64,000 bases of DNA, from the NCBI GenBank assembly GCA_016866975.1, contig VGKP01000002.1:1-64000 (forward strand). Reading direction: 5' to 3'. Positions 9,867 through 18,429 of the stretch are shown piece by piece; within the stretch, counting starts at the first letter, position 1, and each line of letters starts with the position of its first letter. Origin of the DNA: Candidatus Pacearchaeota archaeon. Lineage in GTDB: Archaea; Nanobdellota; Nanobdellia; Pacearchaeales; GW2011-AR1. The notes below the pieces were generated by a model, which saw only the letters and a program-made list of their open reading frames with translations, had not been told where the DNA came from and did not search any database. The position numbers were made by a program, and so were the translations under genes.

Positions 9867-10154
9867 TTATAATTTGGGGCGATTGCTATAGATGCGCATT
9901 AACTCAGCTCGGCAGATGGAGATATAAGCAATTCTTCTTGAAATATCTGTCCTTAGCCTATAATTAATTCTAGCCTTGTCAAACTCTTCTATATGGGACC
10001 ATTGGGATGGGTCTATGAGGTTTTCTTGACAGACAGGCATATGCGGATTTATTAGATGAAACTGGTATTGGAGTAATTCAACTCTTCCAAATATCTCAGA
10101 AGTATCTAGAGTAGAGCCAAGAAACTCACTAATTTTGGCGAAATCAATTTTCAT
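9867..10154 (-). CDS. Orphan hypothetical protein between rpl37ae and rpoP
   Basis: 95 aa ORF with TATA-like tttaaaaa upstream; no recognisable motif. Confidence 0.45.
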   Translation of the reverse strand: MKIDFAKISEFLGSTLDTSEIFGRVELLQYQFHLINPHMPVCQENLIDPSQWSHIEEFDKARINYRLRTDISRRIAYISICRAELMRIYSNRPKL

Positions 10155-10196
10155 GTTTGCGAAAAAAACAAAAGTGCTTTAAAAATTTATCTAGAG

Positions 10197-10424
10197 TTAC
10201 TTTTTATTATCTAGAATATATGCGTTTCCTGCAAATACTCTTCCAGTCTTCATGCATCTCCATATGCCTGCAGCAATTCTTTTTACTCTGCCTTTAGGGT
10301 AGAAAGGCGAGGCTTGTCTCTTTCTCTGTACTGCTTCAAGAGCATTGTATTCATTCCTTACTCTTACTCCATACCCTGCACCGAACTTCCCAGCAGCCTT
10401 GATTTTCTTTGTTTTTGCTCCCAT
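10197..10424 (-). CDS. rpl37ae: 50S ribosomal protein L37Ae (eL43)
   Basis: TKKIKAAGKFGAGYGVRVR...VKRIAAGIWRC...FAGNAY. Confidence 0.92.
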   Translation of the reverse strand: MGAKTKKIKAAGKFGAGYGVRVRNEYNALEAVQRKRQASPFYPKGRVKRIAAGIWRCMKTGRVFAGNAYILDNKK

Positions 10425-10468
10425 ACGAGAATGTTGGAAAAAGGGTTTTTAAATTATTGGGTTAGAAA

Positions 10469-10542
10469 TGGGGATGCCCGGATTTGAACCGGGATCGCGA
10501 AGTCCCAAACCTCGAATGTTAGCCAGGTTGCACCACATCCCC
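10469..10542 (-). tRNA. tRNA-Pro(TGG)
   Basis: GGGGATG acceptor stem, anticodon arm CGAGG-TTTGGGA-CTTCG, T-arm GGTTCAAATCC. Confidence 0.93.
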
Positions 10543-10603
10543 TAACAGAAGAACTGTTTAATGGTTTTTAATTGTTTGCGAGGAATTAAGAGTTTACAAA
10601 AGA

Positions 10604-11329
10604 TTACTTCTTCTTTGCAGCAGGCTTGGCTTCTTCTTTCTTGGCTCCAGCTGCAGGTGCTCCTGGTGCTGCAGTTGCCGCAGGTGTTGCTCCAGCTGCA
10701 GGTGCTCCTGGTGCTGCAGTTGCCGCAGCAGCTTTTGCAGCTTCTTCAGCAGCCTTTGCTTCAGCAATTGCTTTCTGTTCTTTGTCTTGCTTCTCTTTTA
10801 CAGCAGTATAGAATTCCTTGAGTTGCTTGATTTTTTCAGCAGAAGGTTGAGTAATTTCCTGCTTTATTTCTTTGTCGTAGACTCCAGAATCGATGTCTTT
10901 CTCAATATCTTTTGCAGGTTTATTATCAATAAGGACTCCAAGAGAGACACAAGTGCCGACAATTAACTTTATTGCATTTCTCAAGTCTTTTGCAAGAAGA
11001 CCGCTCTGCTTTGTCTTTGCGATATCAACTATCCTCTCAAACGCGATATTTCCTACTTTATAGGCTCCTGCAGCTCCTGATCCCTTATCAAGCCCAAGTT
11101 CTTTCTTTATCAGTTCAGCAGTAGGAGGGGAGAAAACCTTTATTTTATAGTTCTTTGTCTTAGGGTCTACATCGACCTCGACTGGAACTTTTGTTCCTTT
11201 GAATCCAGAAGTTGCAGCATTGACATCTGCAATTACCTTGCCCATATTTATTCCCAATGGTCCAATTTGCTGGGCTACGGCTGGCCCAGGTTTCATATCT
11301 CCACCGTCTACTATCAGTTTGACTATCAT
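10604..11329 (-). CDS. rpl11: 50S ribosomal protein L11 (uL11) with long Ala/Pro-rich C-terminal extension
   Basis: GGDMKPGPAVAQQIGPLGINMGKV...KVPVEVDVD...GTCVSLGVLID, then about 80 extra residues. Confidence 0.93.
   Translation of the reverse strand: MIVKLIVDGGDMKPGPAVAQQIGPLGINMGKVIADVNAATSGFKGTKVPVEVDVDPKTKNYKIKVFSPPTAELIKKELGLDKGSGAAGAYKVGNIAFERIVDIAKTKQSGLLAKDLRNAIKLIVGTCVSLGVLIDNKPAKDIEKDIDSGVYDKEIKQEITQPSAEKIKQLKEFYTAVKEKQDKEQKAIAEAKAAEEAAKAAAATAAPGAPAAGATPAATAAPGAPAAGAKKEEAKPAAKKK
10644..10728 (-). repeat. Two 40-nt direct repeats (45-nt period) in the uL11 tail
   Basis: gctccagctgcaggtgctcctggtgctgcagttgccgcag at 10644-10683 and 10689-10728; encodes AATAAPGAPAAGA twice. Confidence 0.85.
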
Positions 11330-11832
11330 TCGAATGTAAACTCCTCCTCATCTGATAGGTCTATCTTTTCTTCTTTCTTCATATCTTCTTCCTTCTCTTC
11401 ACGCCTTATAACTTTTATGTTATCTATCTTTACAGTGACAGGGATAGGTACTGAAGCACCAAGAAGAGATACGACTACTTCTCCTTTCTGTTTATCGACT
11501 CTCGTCACTTTGGCTTTTTCTCCTTTGAATGTTTGTCCTATCATCTCAACAATATCTCCTACCTCTATCTTGTAATCCTCTGCTTTTGGTTCAAGCATAT
11601 TCTTAATTTCTTCATAAGTTACAGTTTTCCCAATTATTCCCTTGACGTAAGGAAGGTCAAAAGCAGCTTCTTCAGCAGACTCTCGGTCAGCAGCCTCTAG
11701 AATAATATATCCTTTAAGCCCATGAGGCCTAACAATAGCATACACATTAAGAGTTTTCTTATTAACTCTCTCCGCCATCATCTCTATTGCTCTGTCTTCT
11801 TTATTCGTCGTGACTTTAATGATAAATATCAT
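11326..11832 (-). CDS. spt5: Transcription elongation factor Spt5 (NusG)
   Basis: NGN domain (LKGYIILEA) plus KOW (VGDIVEMIGQTFKGEKAKVTRVD). Confidence 0.93.
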   Translation of the reverse strand: MIFIIKVTTNKEDRAIEMMAERVNKKTLNVYAIVRPHGLKGYIILEAADRESAEEAAFDLPYVKGIIGKTVTYEEIKNMLEPKAEDYKIEVGDIVEMIGQTFKGEKAKVTRVDKQKGEVVVSLLGASVPIPVTVKIDNIKVIRREEKEEDMKKEEKIDLSDEEEFTFE

Positions 11833-11902
11833 GTTTAAGCTCCGCTACTCCATGAATTTCAAGAAGTAGATAAATCAGATAGAAAAAAAGGGTTTATAAA
11901 AC

Positions 11903-12250
11903 TTACTTTTCAGGAAAACAAGGAAAATTAGGATTCTTTTCAAGTATTCTATAACAGACTACATCTCTCCAATCTAGTTCCCCATCTTTTTTCTCACTAT
12001 CATCATCATCTATCCTGTAGCTCTTCACCCATATAAATGCATCATATCTCGCCCTTTCCTTGAAGCCAGTAATAAAACCTACGATTCTATCATTAGCACC
12101 TTTTTCTCCATGACTCTCAATAAAATCTACAAGATCTCCGATCTCTGCACTACTCTTAAAACTGCCTTCTTCAATTAAATTCATATCAAACCCATGATCT
12201 TCTATTCCTTGATAATCAGTATTCCTTGTCCAATTAGGAAGTTGAGCCAT
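11903..12250 (-). CDS. Orphan hypothetical protein
   Basis: 115 aa acidic ORF with its own TATA-like box; no motif recognised. Confidence 0.5.
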   Translation of the reverse strand: MAQLPNWTRNTDYQGIEDHGFDMNLIEEGSFKSSAEIGDLVDFIESHGEKGANDRIVGFITGFKERARYDAFIWVKSYRIDDDDSEKKDGELDWRDVVCYRILEKNPNFPCFPEK

Positions 12251-12280
12251 AAATTAGCGATTGTTACAATGTATTTAAAT

Positions 12281-12727
12281 TTATTTATCTAACTTGTGCA
12301 AATATTCCTTTATTCTCTCAGTCATCTGAGGTATGAGAAAACGCTCAATCTTGTTCTCAAATATTTCAGAGAGAGGGGCGAATTCAGATATCCTGTACTT
12401 GTTCTCCTGTTTGTCTACAAAAAGGGTATCTCTTAATCTTTTTAGCTGTCTTCTTATATTACTTTCAGCAAGGCCTCTTATCTCGAGAGAATGTTCTTTC
12501 CTCTTCTGTTCGACTTTATCCCTTATATCAAAAGAGGACATCCATTTTTTCTCTTTCCTGGCTTCCTCCAGTACAAGTACGATATCGACCATTATATCAC
12601 GGGAATCTCCGGGCTGAAGCATTCCGAGACCAAGACAAATCTTCCTTACAATTTCCCTTCGATGGGCATCATAAGGCTTCTCATACCGTCTTAATGTTAT
12701 CTCGCCTAAAGGAATGTCTTTCACCAT
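12281..12727 (-). CDS. Hypothetical protein with probable winged-helix domain
   Basis: ITLRRYEKP...LGMLQPGDSRD...GLAESNIRRQLKRLRD pattern (HTH-like recognition helix). Confidence 0.6.
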   Translation of the reverse strand: MVKDIPLGEITLRRYEKPYDAHRREIVRKICLGLGMLQPGDSRDIMVDIVLVLEEARKEKKWMSSFDIRDKVEQKRKEHSLEIRGLAESNIRRQLKRLRDTLFVDKQENKYRISEFAPLSEIFENKIERFLIPQMTERIKEYLHKLDK

Positions 12728-12765
12728 ATCGAGAACAAGCTAGAAGGGAATATAAAGTTTTTGAA

Positions 12766-13377
12766 TCAACCACTTCTATCTCTTCGATCATCCAGCTCGA
12801 TAAGATATTGTAGGCTAGATATATATTCCAAAGAGTTTATGTTATGCTCGGCATTGGGAGCACAGTAGGTAGTACTCTTGAATCTAAATGAGAGTTCATG
12901 GGAGGAAAGGCAATAATCCTTGAGGTCTTTTTCTGCATATACAAATATAGTGTCTCTTCCATCGGGACTAGGCAAGGCATCAAACTCATTCCAATCTGTT
13001 TTAAATCCTGCTGTGCGGTTCGTCAACTTATCAAATTTCCTTCTCAGACCTATATTATAGAAATTTGGGGTAGAACAGCAATATTTTCTCAATTTTAGAT
13101 CTCTTGAAATGTGGAGAGTTAATATTCCCCCATAACTAAATCCAATTGCTATGTTACGTTCATGTGTGAATCTCTCTCCCTTTCCAAGGTTTCCCAATAC
13201 CTTTATAGCTGATGATACATGTTCATTGATTTGGCACAACCATTCACGGAAATTTCCTCTTCTCCAATCAATTATTATTGGTTCTGGATTATACCCTTCG
13301 ATACTGAGTCTTTGTAGGAGGAGGCCCCATTGTCTCTGCCCTGCACCAGGTATAAAGAAAGCCAATGATTTTTTCAT
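12766..13377 (-). CDS. Alpha/beta hydrolase
   Basis: Nucleophile elbow IAIGFSYGG; VYAEKD acid and APNAEHNI His. Confidence 0.75.
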   Translation of the reverse strand: MKKSLAFFIPGAGQRQWGLLLQRLSIEGYNPEPIIIDWRRGNFREWLCQINEHVSSAIKVLGNLGKGERFTHERNIAIGFSYGGILTLHISRDLKLRKYCCSTPNFYNIGLRRKFDKLTNRTAGFKTDWNEFDALPSPDGRDTIFVYAEKDLKDYCLSSHELSFRFKSTTYCAPNAEHNINSLEYISSLQYLIELDDRRDRSG

Positions 13378-13427
13378 GCCTTCTCAATCATGGCAATAAT
13401 TATAAATCTGCTCTTTTTTTCAACAGC

Positions 13428-13778
13428 ATGGAATTAATTGCTTATGTCGGGAAGGATAAAGAAAACTGGGGCCAGATAACTGCATTGGCGAATAGAGGGG
13501 AGTGGGATAAGATTATACTAATAAAAGACAAGTCTCTTTCAGAAGTACCTTCAAAGGGAGAGGTTATAGAAGTTGATGCAAATCGACCCATGCTTGATTT
13601 GAAGACAGACCTTATGGAAAAGCTCAAAAAGAAGGTATCTGGAGAGTTTGAAGTAGCATTGTCTCTGGCATCAGGCAACGGCAAGGAACACATGGCCGTT
13701 ATTTCTGCACTGCTCAATCTCCCAGTAGGCATAAAACTTGTGGTCTATACAAAAGAAGGAATCCAGTACGTCACTTAA
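13428..13778 (+). CDS. Conserved hypothetical protein
   Basis: Probable start ATG 13428 (MELIAYVGKDKENWGQI); LSLASGNGKEHMAVISALL motif. Confidence 0.6.
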   Translation: MELIAYVGKDKENWGQITALANRGEWDKIILIKDKSLSEVPSKGEVIEVDANRPMLDLKTDLMEKLKKKVSGEFEVALSLASGNGKEHMAVISALLNLPVGIKLVVYTKEGIQYVT

Positions 13779-15325
13779 AGAGATATTGTCCAACCGAGCA
13801 TCATCAAGAGGACTAATAGCAAGATTATCCACGTTGCTATCTTGAATGCAATTGCTCCTATTTTCTCACTCTTCGTGATTCCTGCAACTGTGAGGTAAAA
13901 GAATCTTCCACCATCAAGGATCCACAATGGCAACATATTGAATAGTGCAACAAAAAAGTTTATTGTCATTACCCACCAAAACATATGGAAAAAATATGTA
14001 CCTAAATCTCCTAGTCTAGACTCATAGTGGATCCCGGTCAGGGCATTGTTCATCTTTGGTGTGAAAGAATAAAGGAACCCTACAAATTTTTCAACTCTTG
14101 AAGGGTCTGGGACAGTGATTCCAACAAATGCCCTTCCTTCATTTGATCCTAAGACTATATTTTTAGTGATTACTTCTTCACCTATCTTTGTCTTTATTTC
14201 AGCAACATCTCCAGGCTTACTTTTGGACAATAATTCGCTGAATTCAGAATATGAACTAACAGATTTTCCATTAACATGGGTTATGACTCCAGAAAGTTTA
14301 GCATTGAATGCAGGGGAATCTCTATATACGAGCATATGTTGTGCTTGCGCATCAAACGCCTTTTTTACAAGTAATGGTGGAGCAAAGAATGTCTTATTTC
14401 CAGTTTGCAAAGCAACATAGTCTTTAGAATAATTTAATTCTGGAAGGCCATTCTGAAGGGAAAGGTTATCTATAGATATTATATCAGTCCTCTGGACAAT
14501 ATCGAAGGCATAGTCATTGAATAATATGCCTGCAGGAGCAAATGCAATAGCAAAAAATCCCCAGATTAAAATCAGGAAAATCAATGCAAATACAATGTTC
14601 GCAAATACGCCCGCACTAAGTATTGCAAGCTGAGGTATTTTTTTGGCCTTGTTCATCTGCTTGTCATCTTGCTCAACAAAAGCGCCAAGCAGGGGCACTA
14701 CGAGGATTATAAGCACCAATGGGCTCTTGAAATATATAGCCAGTAATACAATCAATATCGAGAAGAATGTAGCTGTCAATTTTCTCTTGTTCGTCTTTAC
14801 GACCCATTCTCTAATGGCCTCAGCTATTAGCGGGCCAAAAAATGCAAATCCAGTTGATTTTATCTTTATTTTATGTAGCCTCATGAATATTCCATGGGAG
14901 AATTCATGTACCACTGCCACAATAATCAGGGCAACTATGAAATAAGTGAATGTTAACGAGGAAGGGAAAAGTGATTGTACGTTGAATATATCTGTGAAAT
15001 AAGGTATCAAAGGTATTACTGGGGGCGCTTTTACCATCTGAGTTATTTCAGGACGCGTCAGGTATAGGTAAGCAGAGTAGCTCATCATTAGAATGATACT
15101 TCCCATAAGGATATATCCCAATGTTATCACAATCCCTTGCAATCCAAGAAGTATCTTTCTGTACTTTTTTGCAATCTTTTCTATGAGATTGACACCCCAT
15201 TGGGCCTTATACAGATACATTCCGCTTTCTCTATGCATCTTATGTTTGTTTTTGTATGTAAAGAAAACTACCGCTAGGGTGAATAGTACCATGAATACCA
15301 AGTCGTATATTAAAAATATGTTCAT
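13775..15325 (-). CDS. Site-2 protease (M50) with PDZ domain
   Basis: HEFSH zinc motif, NMLPLWILDGG motif, PDZ-like VITHVNG...KPGD. Confidence 0.92.
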   Translation of the reverse strand: MNIFLIYDLVFMVLFTLAVVFFTYKNKHKMHRESGMYLYKAQWGVNLIEKIAKKYRKILLGLQGIVITLGYILMGSIILMMSYSAYLYLTRPEITQMVKAPPVIPLIPYFTDIFNVQSLFPSSLTFTYFIVALIIVAVVHEFSHGIFMRLHKIKIKSTGFAFFGPLIAEAIREWVVKTNKRKLTATFFSILIVLLAIYFKSPLVLIILVVPLLGAFVEQDDKQMNKAKKIPQLAILSAGVFANIVFALIFLILIWGFFAIAFAPAGILFNDYAFDIVQRTDIISIDNLSLQNGLPELNYSKDYVALQTGNKTFFAPPLLVKKAFDAQAQHMLVYRDSPAFNAKLSGVITHVNGKSVSSYSEFSELLSKSKPGDVAEIKTKIGEEVITKNIVLGSNEGRAFVGITVPDPSRVEKFVGFLYSFTPKMNNALTGIHYESRLGDLGTYFFHMFWWVMTINFFVALFNMLPLWILDGGRFFYLTVAGITKSEKIGAIAFKIATWIILLLVLLMMLGWTISL

Positions 15326-15490
15326 CTATTTTTTCTTAACCGGTCGAAATGCTTTGCCATGGCAGCGACTGCATTTCAATTTTCCGGAAAGTACTCTTAC
15401 TGCTTGGGTTCGTATTCTCTTATTGCAGTCTCTACAGATGAAGACATTATTGAACATTCTTGTCTGTGCAACGGGGATTTTTGTAGCCAT
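15326..15490 (-). CDS. rpl40e: 50S ribosomal protein L40e; missed by the ORF track
   Basis: Manual translation MATKIPVAQTRMFNNVFICRDCNKRIRTQAVRVLSGKLKCSRCHGKAFRPVKKK: CxxC...CxxC and FRP. Confidence 0.8.
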   Translation of the reverse strand: MATKIPVAQTRMFNNVFICRDCNKRIRTQAVRVLSGKLKCSRCHGKAFRPVKKK

Positions 15491-15491
15491 A

Positions 15492-15881
15492 TTATAATAC
15501 CCTCATTACTGCTTTCTTTCCTTCAATATCCCAATACTCAACTTGCTTTTCAGGAGCGAGTTTGTCCTTGATTTCTTCACTGAATGGCACATCTAATGTC
15601 TCAAAGCTCTCAAGGTCCATCACAGATACAGTGTTGTCCCCTACAGAAAGAACTTGTGCCTTGCGTTTCTCAATCATAGGTACATCAAATCTAGTGTCTC
15701 CTGGAACAGCAACTATCTTTTTCTTTCCAGAAAAAACCTCTATGGCTTCTATCCTGCACTTACTAGCTCCATGCTTTCCAGTCTTGCTTATATCATTTGA
15801 ACGTACTGTGCACGCTTCCCCATCGACCATTATTGTCGTGCCAGGCTTGCTACTGTGCGCATCAATTAATCTTAAAACCAT
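15492..15881 (-). CDS. eif5a: Translation factor aIF5A
   Basis: Hypusine loop SKTGKHG; QVLSV...VMDLESFET. Confidence 0.95.
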   Translation of the reverse strand: MVLRLIDAHSSKPGTTIMVDGEACTVRSNDISKTGKHGASKCRIEAIEVFSGKKKIVAVPGDTRFDVPMIEKRKAQVLSVGDNTVSVMDLESFETLDVPFSEEIKDKLAPEKQVEYWDIEGKKAVMRVL

Positions 15882-15978
15882 GAAGGGATGCGGGAAAAAT
15901 GATTTATAAAGATTTGCTTTAAATATCTTTCCAAAAACTTAGCGCCATCTTTAAAAAGAGTCTTCCACATTAATTCAG

Positions 15979-16800
15979 ATGCATGGATGTTGCAATAGGT
16001 TCATTGCTCTTTCTACACTTGTGGCAAGTATGGCATGTTCATCTTCCGCAAGAGGCCAGGAAGGGAAAGATCAATCGAGTGCAAATCTTGTCACACCAAC
16101 CCCATATTCTCGTCAGCTTCTACTAAAAAATGCAAAAGAAAGCACTATTTCAGTATTGTTTGTAGACCATCTTGAACAAAGATATCGTGAAAATATAGGG
16201 CGGAAGCTTACAATGGAAATAGATTCAGAACATCAAGCTAAGGAGTTTTTGAGCGCGGCAAAAAAAGTAGCTAAAGACTATATTAGGAGCACAGAAGGTT
16301 ATTTCTTTCTAAGGGAGTTTGCAGAAGAAAAAGTAGAGTGGGGGCTTGAAAAAGCAGACTGGATTTTGGATAAGATTCTTCCAGATTCGCTTGAAGCTCG
16401 GTTTCGTAAATCATTACATCTTGATTCAAAAAAACCTCTCGGCATAGATTTAGACACTAGGGAAGAAAGGATAGGGGAAGAACTTTTCGATCCTTGGCAA
16501 GAACGGGAACGGCTTTATAGAACGACATTAGGCATAGGAATGCGACCAAGTATTACTTTCCGTTCAGGCGATCTCAAACTGAAATTATATCATGACAAAC
16601 TGCGTCTCGAGTTAGATCATGATATGCCTCATAATATAATTGCAAAACTTGGCGCGCAGGTTTCTTACGATTCATGGGAACTTCCAGAGCCATACTTTCG
16701 TATTTCTAAATGGTTCACATGGGGGGAATTAGGCATAGGCGCAGCAAAATCCGATGCGAGAGGAGTAGATATTGGAGTATATATTGCGGCAAGATATTAG
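15979..16800 (+). CDS. Secreted/lipoprotein-like hypothetical protein with beta-strand-rich C-terminal part
   Basis: Hydrophobic N-terminus ending ASMAC; last ~100 aa show amphipathic strands ending DIGVYIAARY. Confidence 0.5.
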   Translation: MHGCCNRFIALSTLVASMACSSSARGQEGKDQSSANLVTPTPYSRQLLLKNAKESTISVLFVDHLEQRYRENIGRKLTMEIDSEHQAKEFLSAAKKVAKDYIRSTEGYFFLREFAEEKVEWGLEKADWILDKILPDSLEARFRKSLHLDSKKPLGIDLDTREERIGEELFDPWQERERLYRTTLGIGMRPSITFRSGDLKLKLYHDKLRLELDHDMPHNIIAKLGAQVSYDSWELPEPYFRISKWFTWGELGIGAAKSDARGVDIGVYIAARY

Positions 16801-16834
16801 CAACGTTTATAAAACATCATATGCACGATGCGTT

Positions 16835-17500
16835 ATGGAAACTGTTAAGAAGAATGATATTATTGAATTGTCTTTTAGCGGTTATGCCAATGGAAATTTG
16901 TTTGATTCTAATGTTCCAGAAAATCTAAAGAAGATTCATCCAGAGGCCAAGGCAGAACCCTTAATTGTGGTAATTGGGCAGGGTATGGTCGTTCCAGGGC
17001 TAGACAAGGCCCTTGAAGATAAAGAAATAGGGAAACAATATGAGGTCTCAATTCCTGTCAAAGATGGGTTCGGAGAGAGAAGAAAAGATCTTCTTAGGAC
17101 TCTGCCACTCAAAGTATTTCATGCCCAACAGATCCAACCATATCCAGGACAGACATTACTCATGGATGGATCAATGGCAAAAGTAATTGCAGTGTCAGGT
17201 GCAAGAGTCATGACTGATTTTAATAGCCCTCTTGCAGGCAAGGACTTATTATATAAGTTTACAATAACCAAGAAAGTTACTGATGAAAAGGAGAGATGCA
17301 ATCACGTTCTCAAGATAATGTTTAGGAATATTCCAGAATTCGAGATAGGTGAGAAAATAACAATCAAGGGGCCAAAGACATTCGAGATACTTATCAAAGC
17401 ATTTAATGATAAATTCAAGGAGATAATCGGAAAAGAACTAGATTTTGAATTGAAGGAAGATAAGAAAGAAGAAGAGAATATGGCTTCGGGAAAGGCATAG
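16835..17500 (+). CDS. slyD: FKBP-type peptidyl-prolyl isomerase (long SlyD-like)
   Basis: Start corrected to 16835; FDSN...IGQGMVVPGLDKAL...GFGER...DFNSPLAGKDL. Confidence 0.9.
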   Translation: METVKKNDIIELSFSGYANGNLFDSNVPENLKKIHPEAKAEPLIVVIGQGMVVPGLDKALEDKEIGKQYEVSIPVKDGFGERRKDLLRTLPLKVFHAQQIQPYPGQTLLMDGSMAKVIAVSGARVMTDFNSPLAGKDLLYKFTITKKVTDEKERCNHVLKIMFRNIPEFEIGEKITIKGPKTFEILIKAFNDKFKEIIGKELDFELKEDKKEEENMASGKA

Positions 17501-17544
17501 GCGTCTTGAGAAACCTTTTTATATATAAAATTCGATACTTAAAG

Positions 17545-18372
17545 ATGAAAAAGGTGTTTGTGTTTTTGCTATTATTGGCAGTGACTGTTAATTTTGCGAG
17601 TTTTGCGAGTGCTGCAAATTCTACTTGTGAAGATAGTGATAAGAGTATAAATTACAACGTGAAGGGCACTGCAAAAGGGAATTGGTTCAAGGATCTAAAA
17701 GAAACAGGCAGTTATTCAGACTCATGTGTTGTTGAAGGGGAAAAAGCTCTGAATGAGTATTATTGCGATGAGGCAGCTGTTGCAATTGTAAAATATAATT
17801 GTCCAGTAGCTTGCGAGGATGGAGCTTGTGTCAAGCAGATAAGTCCACCCCAAATTTGCGAGGACTCAGACTCAAACCAAAATGATGTCAAGGGAAGTGT
17901 AAGTGCCAAGACCTTTAATGCTTCTTGGAGCGGCAGCATAAGTGTGCTTAACGCTACTACTGCAAGATCAGATTACTGTGTTAATATTTCATCTCCTGCA
18001 GAGAATCTTGGAGAATGTTCTGGTGGAGATTGCGGAGTTGTAGAACTGACTTGCGTGCAATCCGGGAGAAATCAGATTGGCGTGATGGCTCCTCTGGCAT
18101 GCCAATATGGTTGCAAGGATGGAGCTTGTATGAAAGCGCCCAAGATTGTTGAGAAACCAGCTCCTGAATGTTCTCCTATCGGCAATATCACAGGTACAAA
18201 GTATTGCACTTCAGAAGAGAAATGGGCAGATCAGAAAGCCTCTGGCCAGGCTTGCTCACAGAACTATGAATGTTCTACTAATATATGTACAGAAAAAGTC
18301 TGCAAGGAACCAATCAAGCCAGGATTCTTTTCAAATATTTGGAACTGGATAAAAGGATTATTCGGAAAATAA
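17545..18372 (+). CDS. Secreted Cys-rich protein
   Basis: Signal peptide MKKVFVFLLLLAV; two CEDSD..VKG / C..GC.DGAC repeats; C-terminal CSQNYECSTNIC knot; amphipathic tail FFSNIWNWIKGLFGK. Confidence 0.7.
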   Translation: MKKVFVFLLLLAVTVNFASFASAANSTCEDSDKSINYNVKGTAKGNWFKDLKETGSYSDSCVVEGEKALNEYYCDEAAVAIVKYNCPVACEDGACVKQISPPQICEDSDSNQNDVKGSVSAKTFNASWSGSISVLNATTARSDYCVNISSPAENLGECSGGDCGVVELTCVQSGRNQIGVMAPLACQYGCKDGACMKAPKIVEKPAPECSPIGNITGTKYCTSEEKWADQKASGQACSQNYECSTNICTEKVCKEPIKPGFFSNIWNWIKGLFGK

Positions 18373-18429
18373 TTTTTGTTGAATTCTCACAACAACAATC
18401 CTTATAAACACGTTAAGCTTATTTGACAT

